The position numbers were made by a program, and so were the translations under genes. Of a stretch of DNA of 64,000 nucleotides, positions 17,965 to 27,208 are shown piece after piece (positions within the stretch are counted from its first letter, which is position 1; each line of letters begins with the position of its first letter). Below the pieces are notes generated by a model. That model ran no database searches and was not told the origin of the DNA. It was given only the letters and a program-made list of their open reading frames with translations. The stretch is from Dehalococcoidia bacterium (GTDB taxonomy: Bacteria; Chloroflexota; Dehalococcoidia; Bin125). The stretch is from contig OZ241849.1 in the NCBI GenBank assembly GCA_965203165.1, positions 1,680,563 to 1,744,562 on the forward strand, written 5' to 3'.

Positions 17965-18399
17965 TCAGATGTGGTAGCGGCCGCCGGCAGCGGCCTCCTG
18001 GCGGGCGAGGTCTTCGACGGTGCGCCCGCCGAGCACCTGCAGAATGGCCGCCTGCACATCCGCCCAGAGGCGGACCTGTGCGGCGGCCCCCGTACAGCGC
18101 TCGACGGGCGCTTCGTCGAGGCAGGCGGCGGGCACGATCGGGCCTTCGAGCGCCTGCACGACGGCATCGAGCCGGATCGCGTCGGCGGGCAGCGCCAGCT
18201 GGTGTCCGCCCTGCGCGCCGCGCGTCGAGCGGATGAAGCCGGCCGTGCGCAGGCGTCCCAGCACCTGCCCCACGAGCGAGGCGGGAATCGCCTGGCGCAG
18301 CGCGATCTCGCTGCTGGGGATCGGCCCCGCGCCGGCCTGCTGGGCCAAATCCACGAGCGCGCGAATGCCGTAATCGCTCTTGCTGGACAGCTTCATCAT
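17965..18399 (-). CDS. Rrf2-family transcriptional regulator (CymR/IscR-like)
   Basis: N-terminal wHTH (SSKSDYGIRALVDLA). Diverges from cysH. Confidence 0.85.
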   Translation of the reverse strand: MMKLSSKSDYGIRALVDLAQQAGAGPIPSSEIALRQAIPASLVGQVLGRLRTAGFIRSTRGAQGGHQLALPADAIRLDAVVQALEGPIVPAACLDEAPVERCTGAAAQVRLWADVQAAILQVLGGRTVEDLARQEAAAGGRYHI

Positions 18400-18421
18400 G
18401 GCGGGTGGGCCGGCTCGGTTG

Positions 18422-18440
18422 GATGCCCGATTGGGGCATC
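18422..18440. promoter_or_regulatory. Palindrome GATGCCC-n5-GGGCATC in the Rrf2/cysH divergent intergenic region (candidate operator). A second palindrome CGAAAT-n6-ATTTCG lies at about 18466-18483
   Basis: Seen directly in the sequence. Sits 23 nt upstream of the Rrf2 start. Confidence 0.3.
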
Positions 18441-18513
18441 GGCGCTACGATGCTGACAATCCTAACCGAAATGGTCCGATTTCGCCCGGACGCCCCGGAG
18501 TTGTGAGTGTCGC

Positions 18514-19275
18514 ATGCCACACCAAGCGCCGCCCGATCAACCGCTGCCAGACCAACCGCTGCTTGCCGAGTACGACGCCGCCGAGGCCGCCGCGCGGCTG
18601 GAGCGCGCGCATCCGGCCGACATCGTGGCGGAGGCGCTGGAGCGCTTCCCGGGGCTGAGCATCTCGTTCAGCGGCGCGGAGGACGCGGCGCTGATCGATA
18701 TGGCGCACCGCGCGGCGGGGCCCGACGGCTTCCGCGTCTTTTCGTTGGACACGGGGCGGCTGCACGGCGAAACGCTGGCCTACCTGGAGACGGTGCGGGA
18801 GCGCTACGGGATCACGATTGAGACGTTTCACCCGCAGGCGGCGGCGGTCGGGGCGCTGGTGCGCGAGAAGGGGCTGTTCTCGTTTCGGCGCGACGGCCAC
18901 GCCGAATGCTGCGGGATTCGCAAGGTGGAGCCGCTGGGCCGGGCGCTGGAGGGCGTGATCGCCTACGCCACGGGGCAGCGCAAAGACCAAAGCCCGGGCA
19001 CGCGCGCGGAGTTGCCCGTGGCGCAGCGCGACGGAATGCGGGTGAAATTCAACCCGCTGGCCAACTTCCGCTCAGAGCAGGTCTGGGACTACATCCTGAG
19101 CTACGGCGTGCCCTACAACCCGCTGCACGATCGCGGCTTCAAGTCAATCGGCTGCGAGCCCTGCACCCGCGCGACGAACCCGGGCGAGCACGAGCGGGCG
19201 GGCCGCTGGTGGTGGGAAGAGGCGACGCAGAAGGAGTGCGGCCTGCACGCGATCAATCTGGCTGAGGACCGCTGA
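18514..19275 (+). CDS. cysH: Adenylylsulfate (APS)/PAPS reductase, thioredoxin-dependent, Fe-S type
   Basis: PAPS_reduct domain. Cys pairs CCGIRK and CEPCT are typical of APS reductases. Confidence 0.85.
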   Translation: MPHQAPPDQPLPDQPLLAEYDAAEAAARLERAHPADIVAEALERFPGLSISFSGAEDAALIDMAHRAAGPDGFRVFSLDTGRLHGETLAYLETVRERYGITIETFHPQAAAVGALVREKGLFSFRRDGHAECCGIRKVEPLGRALEGVIAYATGQRKDQSPGTRAELPVAQRDGMRVKFNPLANFRSEQVWDYILSYGVPYNPLHDRGFKSIGCEPCTRATNPGEHERAGRWWWEEATQKECGLHAINLAEDR

Positions 19276-19534
19276 GCGCCGCGCGGAGGCGGCGGGCGAG
19301 CGCGCCCGGATCGATCCGCTCGGCGGCGAGCTCAATCTCGTCGGCGTTGAGACGCAGGGCGACGACCGGCACGCGCGCCGCATGGCGCTGCGCGAGGGCC
19401 GGGTCGGACTCGACGCCGCACTCCGACCAAGGGAGGTCCAGCGCGGCGGCGATCGAGCGCACGGTTTCGCGGGCGCGATCGCAGGCGGCGCACTCGGCGC
19501 GGCGGTAGAGGACAATTCGAGGTTCCGCGTTCAT
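19253..19534 (-). CDS. Glutaredoxin-like small thioredoxin-fold protein (CxxC = CAAC)
   Basis: Start at MNAEPRIVLYRRAECAAC. 93 aa. Converges with, and overlaps, the cysH 3' end. Confidence 0.55.
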   Translation of the reverse strand: MNAEPRIVLYRRAECAACDRARETVRSIAAALDLPWSECGVESDPALAQRHAARVPVVALRLNADEIELAAERIDPGALARRLRAALSGPQPD

Positions 19535-19538
19535 CGCG

Positions 19539-20498
19539 TCAGCCCCGCGCCATCCCGCCGCGGCGCAGGCGGCCGCGCGGCGACCGACCGCCGCCCCCGC
19601 CGCCAAAGCCGCCGCCCGAATCGGAGCCCATGCGCGAGCGGCGCAGCAGCCAGGCGGCCATCACCAGCGCCGCCGCGCCGGTGACCATCGCCGTAATCTG
19701 CGGCACCGAGAGGCCGCCAATCGCCAGCGCTTCGTCGGTGCGCATGATCGAGAGCGTGCCGCGCACCAGGGCGTAGGCCAGCACGTAGACGACGAAGCGC
19801 CAGCCGTCGCCGATCGGGAAGCGGCGCATCCAGAGCAGGATGCCGAGGATCAGGAAGTCGAACAGCGGCTCGTAGCCGCCCGCCACCGGATGGACGGGCA
19901 CGGGCGCTTCGCCGGGGCGCTCGAGCGAGCCGCGAAACCAGGCGCCGACGGCCTCGCCGTTTTCCCAGACGGCCCAGGGGCCGTCGGTCTGCGGGTGGGT
20001 GTAGCGGAAGGCCCAGGGGAGGTCGGTTTGAGAGGCGAAGTGCTCGCCGTTGGCGAAGTCGCCGAAGCGCCCCACGGCCTGGCCGAGAATCATGCCCGGC
20101 GCGGCGACATCAAGCGCGACCCACTTCGGAAATTTGGGCTTGAAGATGGAGACGTAGAGGAAGCCGCCGAGCACGCCGCCGATCATCGCGCCGTAGATCG
20201 AGATGCCGCCGTCGGTCAGCGCGAAGAGGTCGCCCACATCGCGGATCTGGTCGGTGTGCTCGAGGATCCAGAGAACGCGCGCGCCAATGATGCCGGAGAC
20301 GACGGAAACGATGGCGATGCTCATCGACTCGTCTTCGTTGAGCCGCGCCTGTCGGGCCAGTCGGATGGCAAGCCAAACCCCCGCCGCAATCCCAACAGCG
20401 GTGAAAAGCCCATGCCAGGTGACTTCAAACCCGCCCGCGTCGATCAGGACGGGGTTGATCTTGATGTTGATGGCGGCGACAAGAGAGGCAAGCACCAA
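19539..20498 (-). CDS. lgt: Prolipoprotein diacylglyceryl transferase
   Basis: Lgt signature region (GARVLWILEH...) and multiple TM helices. Confidence 0.85.
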   Translation of the reverse strand: MVLASLVAAINIKINPVLIDAGGFEVTWHGLFTAVGIAAGVWLAIRLARQARLNEDESMSIAIVSVVSGIIGARVLWILEHTDQIRDVGDLFALTDGGISIYGAMIGGVLGGFLYVSIFKPKFPKWVALDVAAPGMILGQAVGRFGDFANGEHFASQTDLPWAFRYTHPQTDGPWAVWENGEAVGAWFRGSLERPGEAPVPVHPVAGGYEPLFDFLILGILLWMRRFPIGDGWRFVVYVLAYALVRGTLSIMRTDEALAIGGLSVPQITAMVTGAAALVMAAWLLRRSRMGSDSGGGFGGGGGGRSPRGRLRRGGMARG

Positions 20499-20619
20499 GC
20501 GAGCCTACCGCGCGCGGCAGTGGCGGGCGCCGCGAGCCGCGCACCAAGCCCCGCTCGCAGCGCCGACCCTCCTCCCGCCACCCCTGCGCCCCCTCCCGTC
20601 ACCCCTGCGCCCCCTCCCG

Positions 20620-20643
20620 TCATTCCTGCGTAGGCAGGAACCA
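20620..20643. repeat. REP2 element (gtcattcctgcgtaggcaggaacc)
   Basis: Member of a dispersed family. Other copies at 44828-44880, 45079-45125, 49314-49606 (x4) and 61589-61618. Confidence 0.8.
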
Positions 20644-20715
20644 GGCGATTTCGCGAGCTCTTGGCCGAGTTCTGTCTCGCCCCTCACTTGGTCTCCCGCC
20701 CAATCAGCGAGGAGG

Positions 20716-20762
20716 CGCCCCAATTCATCCCTCCCCCCTCTCTGGGGGGAGGGATGAATTGG
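20716..20762. repeat. Near-perfect 19-bp-stem palindrome ccccaattcatccctccccc...gggggagggatgaattgggg (motif recurs at about 45026-45060)
   Basis: Seen directly in the sequence. Confidence 0.7.
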
Positions 20763-20919
20763 GGTGAGGAGTGGTGCGGTAGCTCTGTGCTGGGCGCGGC
20801 GAAGCGTGGGTACGACGGGCAGAGGGTGGGTGGAGGAGCGGCCCAGGTGGGCCGTCGCAGCATCGTGGCGCGCACAGACGCTGGAAGTCCGCCTGGATTG
20901 CGAGCTCAAGACCGCCCAC

Positions 20920-22500
20920 TCAGAGCAGGCGGCGGCGCTCCCAGGAGGCGGGGATGGGCAGATCAGGGAAGCGGCCCGCGAAGTAGTCGGCCAGCGACCA
21001 GAGTTGGACTGCGGGGTATTCGCGGTCGCCGATTGCGACTCGCCCGGCGCGGCCGGCGGCGGCGCGCACGCCCGCGCTGACCTCGTCCATCGTCAGGAAC
21101 ACGCCGAGGTCGGCGCTGGCGTCGTCGAGCGCGCTGCGGAAGGCCTGCACATCGGCGGGAGCGACGCGGCCGGATTTGACCTGGGCGACAGCGAGTCCGT
21201 CGGGGCGGCGGCGGCCCTCGGTTTTGCGGAAGCGCATTCGCCCGTCGATGCCGCCGTCGCCGCGCTGGCGCTCGTTGGGGCGGAAGCCGCGCAGCCGCTG
21301 GATTGCCCAGGTCTCGAACTGGAAGGGGTCGCGGCCGGCGAGGTCGCGCGCCGAGCCGAGGTCCTGCGGCGCGCCCAGCACGCGCGGCTCGACGCCGATC
21401 TCGTTGAGCCAGTCTTCGACGATGCCGATGGCGAGATGGGTGATGTCGATTCCGGCCCAGCGGCGGCCGAGATTTTCGGCGGCGACGACGGCTGTGCCGC
21501 AGCCGCAGAAGGGATCCAGCACGAGGTCGCCGGGGTTGGAGGCGAGGCTGATGATCCGCTCGAGCAGGCGGAGCGGCTTTTGCGTCGGATAGCCCCGCCG
21601 CGTCAGATCCCGCGAGCCGAGCGGGGGAATGTCCACCCAGACATCGCCCAGCGGCATCCCGCGCTGCTCGTCGAGGTAGCGCACGTAGCGGGGCACCGCG
21701 CCGGGGCGGGCCTGGACAATGCGGCCCTCGTCGTATTCCTGCTGCATCCGCTCGCGCGTCCAGCGCCAGACGCGCGTGACGCCCAGGAACTCATAGGTGA
21801 GGTTGGGCCGCTCTTTGTGGGGATTGACCAGGTTGTCGAGGGCGTACCGCCGACCATCCGCGTCCTCATGCCGGTAGTGCTCGAGCGTCGCCGGATCGAT
21901 GTTTTTCGGGTCGTACGGGACGAATACTTCATCCATGTTCCAAACGGCGTCGGGGCTGCCCGCGTAGGCGAAGATCATGTCGTGGTTGCGGGGCAGGCGG
22001 CGGGTGGCGAGGCCTTTCGCCGCTGTTCTGCGCCAGATGATCTGGTTGCGAAAGTTGTCGCCATGAAAGGCGGCGTCCATCACCAGCTTCAGATAATGGC
22101 CGGCGGTGGTGTCGCAGTGCAGAAAGATGTTGCCGCTGGGCTTGAGCACGCGGCGCAGCTCGACCAGCCGCACGCCCATCATGCAGAGATAGGCCGTGAG
22201 CTGGTTTTCGCCGATCGAATCGGTCAGCGCGTTGAGCAGGTTGCCGGTCGGCGTGCCGTTGAGATCGAGCAGCGCGTCGACGGCGTCCGGCCCCCAGTGC
22301 CAGGTGTCTTCAAAGGCGCGGATTTGCGAGGGCGCGGTGTTGCCGCTCTCGTCGCGGAAGAGCACATTGTAGCTGGCGTTGGAATTGAACGGCGGGTCGA
22401 GATAGACGAGGTCCACCGAGTGGTCGGGAAACTCGTTGCGCAGCACATCGAGGTTGTCGCCGTAGAAGAGCGAGCCTTCAAGGCCGGTGGCGTCGGGCAT
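20920..22500 (-). CDS. N4/N6 DNA methyltransferase (beta-class: DPPF motif before FxGxG) fused to a C-terminal Mrr-like (Mrr_cat, PD-D/ExK) restriction-endonuclease domain
   Basis: Motifs YLDPPFNSN and LDPFCGCGT. The C-terminal part carries D-GGIDG...Q-K, diagnostic of the Mrr catalytic domain. Confidence 0.8.
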   Translation of the reverse strand: MPDATGLEGSLFYGDNLDVLRNEFPDHSVDLVYLDPPFNSNASYNVLFRDESGNTAPSQIRAFEDTWHWGPDAVDALLDLNGTPTGNLLNALTDSIGENQLTAYLCMMGVRLVELRRVLKPSGNIFLHCDTTAGHYLKLVMDAAFHGDNFRNQIIWRRTAAKGLATRRLPRNHDMIFAYAGSPDAVWNMDEVFVPYDPKNIDPATLEHYRHEDADGRRYALDNLVNPHKERPNLTYEFLGVTRVWRWTRERMQQEYDEGRIVQARPGAVPRYVRYLDEQRGMPLGDVWVDIPPLGSRDLTRRGYPTQKPLRLLERIISLASNPGDLVLDPFCGCGTAVVAAENLGRRWAGIDITHLAIGIVEDWLNEIGVEPRVLGAPQDLGSARDLAGRDPFQFETWAIQRLRGFRPNERQRGDGGIDGRMRFRKTEGRRRPDGLAVAQVKSGRVAPADVQAFRSALDDASADLGVFLTMDEVSAGVRAAAGRAGRVAIGDREYPAVQLWSLADYFAGRFPDLPIPASWERRRLL

Positions 22501-22506
22501 GGGGCG

Positions 22507-24759
22507 TCATTTTCGCTTCTGGACGCTGTGCGGACCAGCGTAGTCGTCGCTGAAGCGGTTGCGCAGGCGGCGGGCCGGCGCGGCGGGAGCGGGCGCGGCC
22601 TCGCCGGCGGCTGCGCGCGCGATCTGCTCCAGCTCGCGGGTCAGGCGGACGCCGTGGCCGGCCTGCCCGGCGAGCGCGATGCGGTCGTCGGTGAGGCGCG
22701 CCCAGACCCGCCGGCGGGGCATGAAAAAGGTCGTCGACATCCCCACCACGCCCAGCGCGACGCCGATCCAGAAGGGAATGCCGCCCGGGTCGCGGCGCAC
22801 ATTGAGACCGGTGAACTCGCGCGGGCCGGCGAACTCGTAGCGGTAGCCGTTGGCCACGATCTCCTGCCCCTCGTCAAGCTCGATTCGAGCCGCGCCGCCG
22901 CCCAGACCGAGCACCAGGCGGGCGGGGCGTCCGACCTGCCCGCCGGCGCTGGTGGCGTTGGTGCCCACCGCCAGATCGACATCTTCGCCGCCCATCGCGT
23001 TGATGCCCGTTTCGCTGAACTGCTCGGCGGTGCGGGCCTGCCCGAAGCGTTCGAGCGCGAGCAGCGCCTCGCCCTCCGCCCCGGGCAGGTCGGCCACGGT
23101 CGCCCAGAAAACGGACTCCGCGCCGAGATAGGTGAGCTCGACCGCGCCGACGCGGCTGGACTGGCCGCTTTCGAGGCTGCCGCCGAGCGTGGCGTCGGGC
23201 GCGCCGCCGAGGTACTCGAGCGTCGCTCCGCCGAGACGCGCGCGCGCGCCCGGCTGGAGGATGCCGCGGGCGGCCTCGTCGTTGAACGAGTAGTAGAAGA
23301 AGGTGCGCTCGTCGGCGCTCTCGCGGAAGCCGATCGCCGCGCCCCCGCCGTCGGGCAGCGCGAGCGCGGCGAGCCGCGCCTCCCCCTCGCGCAGACCAAG
23401 GCTGACGAGCCCGTCGATCAGCACCTCGCCGTCGCCGCCGGTCAGCCGCACGCGCGGGGCCCAGGGCGGCTCCCGGCCGACGCCCAGCTGCGCCGGCGTC
23501 AGCTGCCGCGCTTCGGGGGAATTGAGGTCGAGGTCGAGCAGTCGGTACCAGAACTGGAGGCTGACCTCGCCCTCGGGCGACTCGCGGGGGATCAGGGCGA
23601 CGGCGAGGCTGCGCTCGGCGGCGAGCGGAACGAGGGTGTAGCGAGCGCCCTGCGGGGCGTCGCCCGCGACGGGGTGTTGCAGGCCCAGCACATCCTCGCT
23701 GACCAGCGCGCCGCCGCGCGCGATCCGCACGCGCGGACCGACGAGCTGCTCGCCGAGGAAGTGCGCCTCGGAGTAGACCAGCTGGCCGCTGGCGTGGTCG
23801 TAGATGCGCAGCGCCGCGCCGTGCTCCCAGTAGGACGCCTGATGGACGCGGTAGCCGGCGGCATGCAGCGGGCCGTTGACCGTCACATCGCCCTCGCCGG
23901 CCGGCGCGCCGCCTTCGGCGACGCGGACCTTGCTGCGGAAGTCGAGCGCCTGGCCGTCGTCGGCGAAGCGGGCGATCGCGTCGTCGACGATGATCTGGAT
24001 CTGGGCCCGCTCCGCGCCCGGCGCGAAGAGCGGATGGCTCTCGCCCTCGGCGACCCAGAACTGGTACTCCTCGCCGCCGAACTTGGTCACCAGCGTCGCG
24101 CCGAGCAGCAGCAACAGCGCGAGATGCGTCACGAATGTCGCGAGCTGGGTCCAGCCGAAGCGATCGGCGAAGAGATCGATGGCGTCATCAGTCTCCGCAA
24201 TCGGCTCGACCCGATATCGGCGGGACCGCAGCGCCGCGCTCAGCGCGGCGGCGCGCTCACTGGGCGAAACAGGCGAGTCGGGCGCGGCGCTCTGAGGCAA
24301 GTCGAGCGCGAAGCGGTGCCGCGCTCGCTCGAAGTAGGTGGGGTTGACGCGCCGCGGCGGGCGGCGCACCGTGCGCCAGATCGGCGCCGCGCGGCTCACC
24401 GTGCAGACCGCGATCGCCACGGCCACCAGCGCGACCAGCGCGTACCAATAGGGCTGCTTGTAGAGATTGAAGACGCCTCCCTTGGCGTCATAAAACCAGG
24501 GGAATTCAGCGAGGGCGTCGGTCGCCCAGCCAAAAGTGCCGCGCTGGGCGTCGATGTGCTGCCGCACCTGCTCCGGAATGTCGGCCAGTTGCGGCGGAAC
24601 CTGCGGGATGATCACCCCGGCGGCGGAGAACAGCGCGGCGATCAGGATCAGCGCCGCAGCCCAGCGAACAGAGGTGAGCCGCCGCCAAATCCAATACGCG
24701 GGGTGGGGCAAACCAATTCGCCCGGCGGGACGGCGGGGGCTGGAGCTGACTGCCGCCAT
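22507..24759 (-). CDS. Cytochrome c biogenesis protein ResB/Ccs1-like with a long C-terminal extension
   Basis: N-terminal ResB TM region (RRLTSVRWAAALILIAALF...). Start chosen at MAAVSS; the upstream part of the track ORF is uncertain. Confidence 0.65.
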   Translation of the reverse strand: MAAVSSSPRRPAGRIGLPHPAYWIWRRLTSVRWAAALILIAALFSAAGVIIPQVPPQLADIPEQVRQHIDAQRGTFGWATDALAEFPWFYDAKGGVFNLYKQPYWYALVALVAVAIAVCTVSRAAPIWRTVRRPPRRVNPTYFERARHRFALDLPQSAAPDSPVSPSERAAALSAALRSRRYRVEPIAETDDAIDLFADRFGWTQLATFVTHLALLLLLGATLVTKFGGEEYQFWVAEGESHPLFAPGAERAQIQIIVDDAIARFADDGQALDFRSKVRVAEGGAPAGEGDVTVNGPLHAAGYRVHQASYWEHGAALRIYDHASGQLVYSEAHFLGEQLVGPRVRIARGGALVSEDVLGLQHPVAGDAPQGARYTLVPLAAERSLAVALIPRESPEGEVSLQFWYRLLDLDLNSPEARQLTPAQLGVGREPPWAPRVRLTGGDGEVLIDGLVSLGLREGEARLAALALPDGGGAAIGFRESADERTFFYYSFNDEAARGILQPGARARLGGATLEYLGGAPDATLGGSLESGQSSRVGAVELTYLGAESVFWATVADLPGAEGEALLALERFGQARTAEQFSETGINAMGGEDVDLAVGTNATSAGGQVGRPARLVLGLGGGAARIELDEGQEIVANGYRYEFAGPREFTGLNVRRDPGGIPFWIGVALGVVGMSTTFFMPRRRVWARLTDDRIALAGQAGHGVRLTRELEQIARAAAGEAAPAPAAPARRLRNRFSDDYAGPHSVQKRK

Positions 24760-24921
24760 CAACGCCTCGAATCCTCCACAAGGCAGCCTACTAGGGCGCG
24801 CCCACGCATACCGCAAACCTCGTCACCTCTACTCCACCCCCTCCGCACCAGCGCGCACACCCGCCACTGGAGCTAGTGCGCCGGCATCTGGGAAGGGCCG
24901 GAATAGGGCTGCGCCGAGTGC

Positions 24922-26013
24922 TTACTCGCCGCCGCCGCTCGCCCCCTGCTTGAGGCCGTGGCCGGTGAGCGGGACGATCACGTGCTCGTCGGGGCCAATC
25001 ACGCCGTCGCGGCGGAGTTGCTCAAGCGCGGCTACGGGCACGGCGGAGGTGGGCTCGCACCAGTAGCCCGTGCGCCCGAGCTCGCGCTGCGCCTCGAGGA
25101 TGTCTGCTTCGGCGACGCCGACGGCGGAGCCGCCGCTTTCACGTACGGCCTCCACCATCTCGGCCAGACGCGGTGGCTCGGCGACCGCGATGCCGTCGGC
25201 CACGGTGGCCGCGGCGAGCGGCGGCGACTCGCCGTTGAGGGCGGCGACGAGCGGGGCGACGGCCTGGGCCTGCGCGGCGTGCAGGCGAGGGATGCGATCG
25301 GCCTTATCGGTCTGGATCAGCTCCTGAAAGCCGCGCCAGAGGCCGAGCAGCAGCGAGCCGTTGCCGACGGGCATGACGATGTGATCCGGCAGGTGGTCGG
25401 GCGTCACACCGATCAGCTGGGAGGCGAACTCCCAGGCGAGGCTTTTCATGCCTTCGGCGAAGTAGGGGCTGAGGTTGTGCGAGAGGTAGGGCAGTCCGCG
25501 CTGCTCGGCGAAGCGCTGGGCGGCTTCAGCGGCGGCAGCGCGGGGGCCGTCGACACGGTGGGCGATGCCGCCGACGCCTTCAATTTGGGCGCGCTTCATC
25601 GGCGGGGCGGAGGCGGGCAGGAAGATGTGGGCGGTGATGCCTGCTGCGGCAGCGAAAGCGGCCAGGGCTGCGCCGGCGTTGCCGGAGGAGTCTTCGACAA
25701 ATTCGGCGGTCTTGAAGGCGCGGGCGGCACCGATCAGGATCGCGGCCCCGCGATCTTTGAAGGAGCCGGTCGGGGAGAAGAATTCGAGTTTGGCGGAGAA
25801 ACCGCCGGCGAGGGGCAGTTCGGTCAGCGGCGTCCAGCCGCCGCGCAGGGAGACGGGGAGCCAGGGGATGCGGGCTTCGTAGCGGCGCGGCGGATCGTGG
25901 TATCGGATGCAGAAGAGTCCGCCGCATTCGGGGCAGCGCAGGTCCAGACTGGGCGCGCAGGAGCGTCGGCAATCGAGGCAGACGAGGTGGTGATCGTAGT
26001 TGGGGTGGGGCAT
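24922..26013 (-). CDS. thrC: Threonine synthase (second ThrC-family paralog with an N-terminal Zn-ribbon)
   Basis: CLDC...CPEC ribbon and PLP motif SFKDRG. Start at MPHPNYDH. Confidence 0.8.
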   Translation of the reverse strand: MPHPNYDHHLVCLDCRRSCAPSLDLRCPECGGLFCIRYHDPPRRYEARIPWLPVSLRGGWTPLTELPLAGGFSAKLEFFSPTGSFKDRGAAILIGAARAFKTAEFVEDSSGNAGAALAAFAAAAGITAHIFLPASAPPMKRAQIEGVGGIAHRVDGPRAAAAEAAQRFAEQRGLPYLSHNLSPYFAEGMKSLAWEFASQLIGVTPDHLPDHIVMPVGNGSLLLGLWRGFQELIQTDKADRIPRLHAAQAQAVAPLVAALNGESPPLAAATVADGIAVAEPPRLAEMVEAVRESGGSAVGVAEADILEAQRELGRTGYWCEPTSAVPVAALEQLRRDGVIGPDEHVIVPLTGHGLKQGASGGGE

Positions 26014-26230
26014 GGGAGTGCGTCTTCCAGAATCAGGGTAGTGGGCGGCGCAGCCGCCGCTGGGCGCAGCCGCGCTGTCGTGCGTTGGGGACATATTGAG
26101 CGCTGGTTGACATGCGGAGGCGGCGCTTACCGCTTGTTAACCGTTGTCGGACTGGCGCTTCGTAGCGTTTGCCGGGTTGCCGCTATGCGTTCCCCGAGAC
26201 GGTGGGGGCGGCGGGGCAGGAGCGGGCGGG

Positions 26231-27208
26231 ATGGCTGCGCAAGCGCCGCGACAGCGCGATACGGTGGTCGGCCTGCTGGCCGAACTCTGGCGCGACAAAC
26301 TCCAACCCAGCCGCTCCGGCACCGGCCGCGAAACCCTCTCCGGACGCATCATCCACGGCGCACTCTTCATCGTCGCCACACTCTCCGCCTTCGTCACCGT
26401 CGGCATCGTCCTCGTCCTGATCTTCGAAACCGTCGAATTCTTCCGCATCATCCCCTTCGGAGACTTCTTCGGCTCCACCGAATGGTCCGCCCTCTTCGCC
26501 GAAGGACAATTCGGCGTCTGGGCACTCGTCTGGGGCACCCTGCTCGTCGCCGCCCTCGCCCTCGCCGTCGCCGTCCCCCTCGGCCTGCTCGCCGCCATCT
26601 TCCTCAGCGAATACGCCCCCCCGCGCCTCCGCGCCGTCCTCAAACCGCTCCTCGAAGTCCTCGCCGGCGTCCCCACCGTCGTCTACGGATACTTCGCCCT
26701 GCTCACCGTCAGTCCCCTCATCCGCAGCATCTTCGGCCAGGACGTCGGCATCTACAACGCACTCGCCGCCGGCATCGTGCTCGGCATCATGATCATCCCC
26801 ATGGTCTCCTCGCTCAGCGAAGACGCCCTCAACGCCGTCCCCCGCTCCCTCCGCGAAGGCTCCTACGCCCTCGGCGCAACACGCTTCGAAACCGCCGTCC
26901 GCGTCGTCCTCCCCGCCGCCTTCTCCGGCGTCGTCGCCTCCATCATCCTCGCCGCCTCTCGCGCCGTCGGCGAAACCATGATCGTCACCATCGCCGCCGG
27001 CGGCAACCCCCAATTCCTCGTCGACCCCCTCGAAGCCGTCCAGACCATGACCGCCATGATCGTCCAACTCAGCCTCGGCGACACCCCCACCACCAGCGTC
27101 GAATTCAAAGTCCTCTTCGCCGTCGCCATGACCCTCTTCGTCATGACCCTCGCCATGAACATCTTCGCCCAGTGGGTCGTCCGACGCTTCCGCGAGGAAT
27201 ACGAATGA
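26231..27208 (+). CDS. pstC: Phosphate ABC transporter permease PstC
   Basis: Six TM helices and the ABC permease EAA-like region. Start chosen at MAAQAP. Confidence 0.85.
   Translation: MAAQAPRQRDTVVGLLAELWRDKLQPSRSGTGRETLSGRIIHGALFIVATLSAFVTVGIVLVLIFETVEFFRIIPFGDFFGSTEWSALFAEGQFGVWALVWGTLLVAALALAVAVPLGLLAAIFLSEYAPPRLRAVLKPLLEVLAGVPTVVYGYFALLTVSPLIRSIFGQDVGIYNALAAGIVLGIMIIPMVSSLSEDALNAVPRSLREGSYALGATRFETAVRVVLPAAFSGVVASIILAASRAVGETMIVTIAAGGNPQFLVDPLEAVQTMTAMIVQLSLGDTPTTSVEFKVLFAVAMTLFVMTLAMNIFAQWVVRRFREEYE

Noticed and set aside
15857-18520. 887-aa minus-strand ORF extending upstream of the Ubl-E1 fusion
   Set aside because: The part upstream of 16960 overlaps cysK and the Rrf2 gene out of frame. 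The real start is the ATG at 16960, which has an RBS.
20764-24876. 1370-aa plus-strand ORF
   Set aside because: Antisense to the MTase-Mrr and ResB genes. Low-complexity R/A/G composition.
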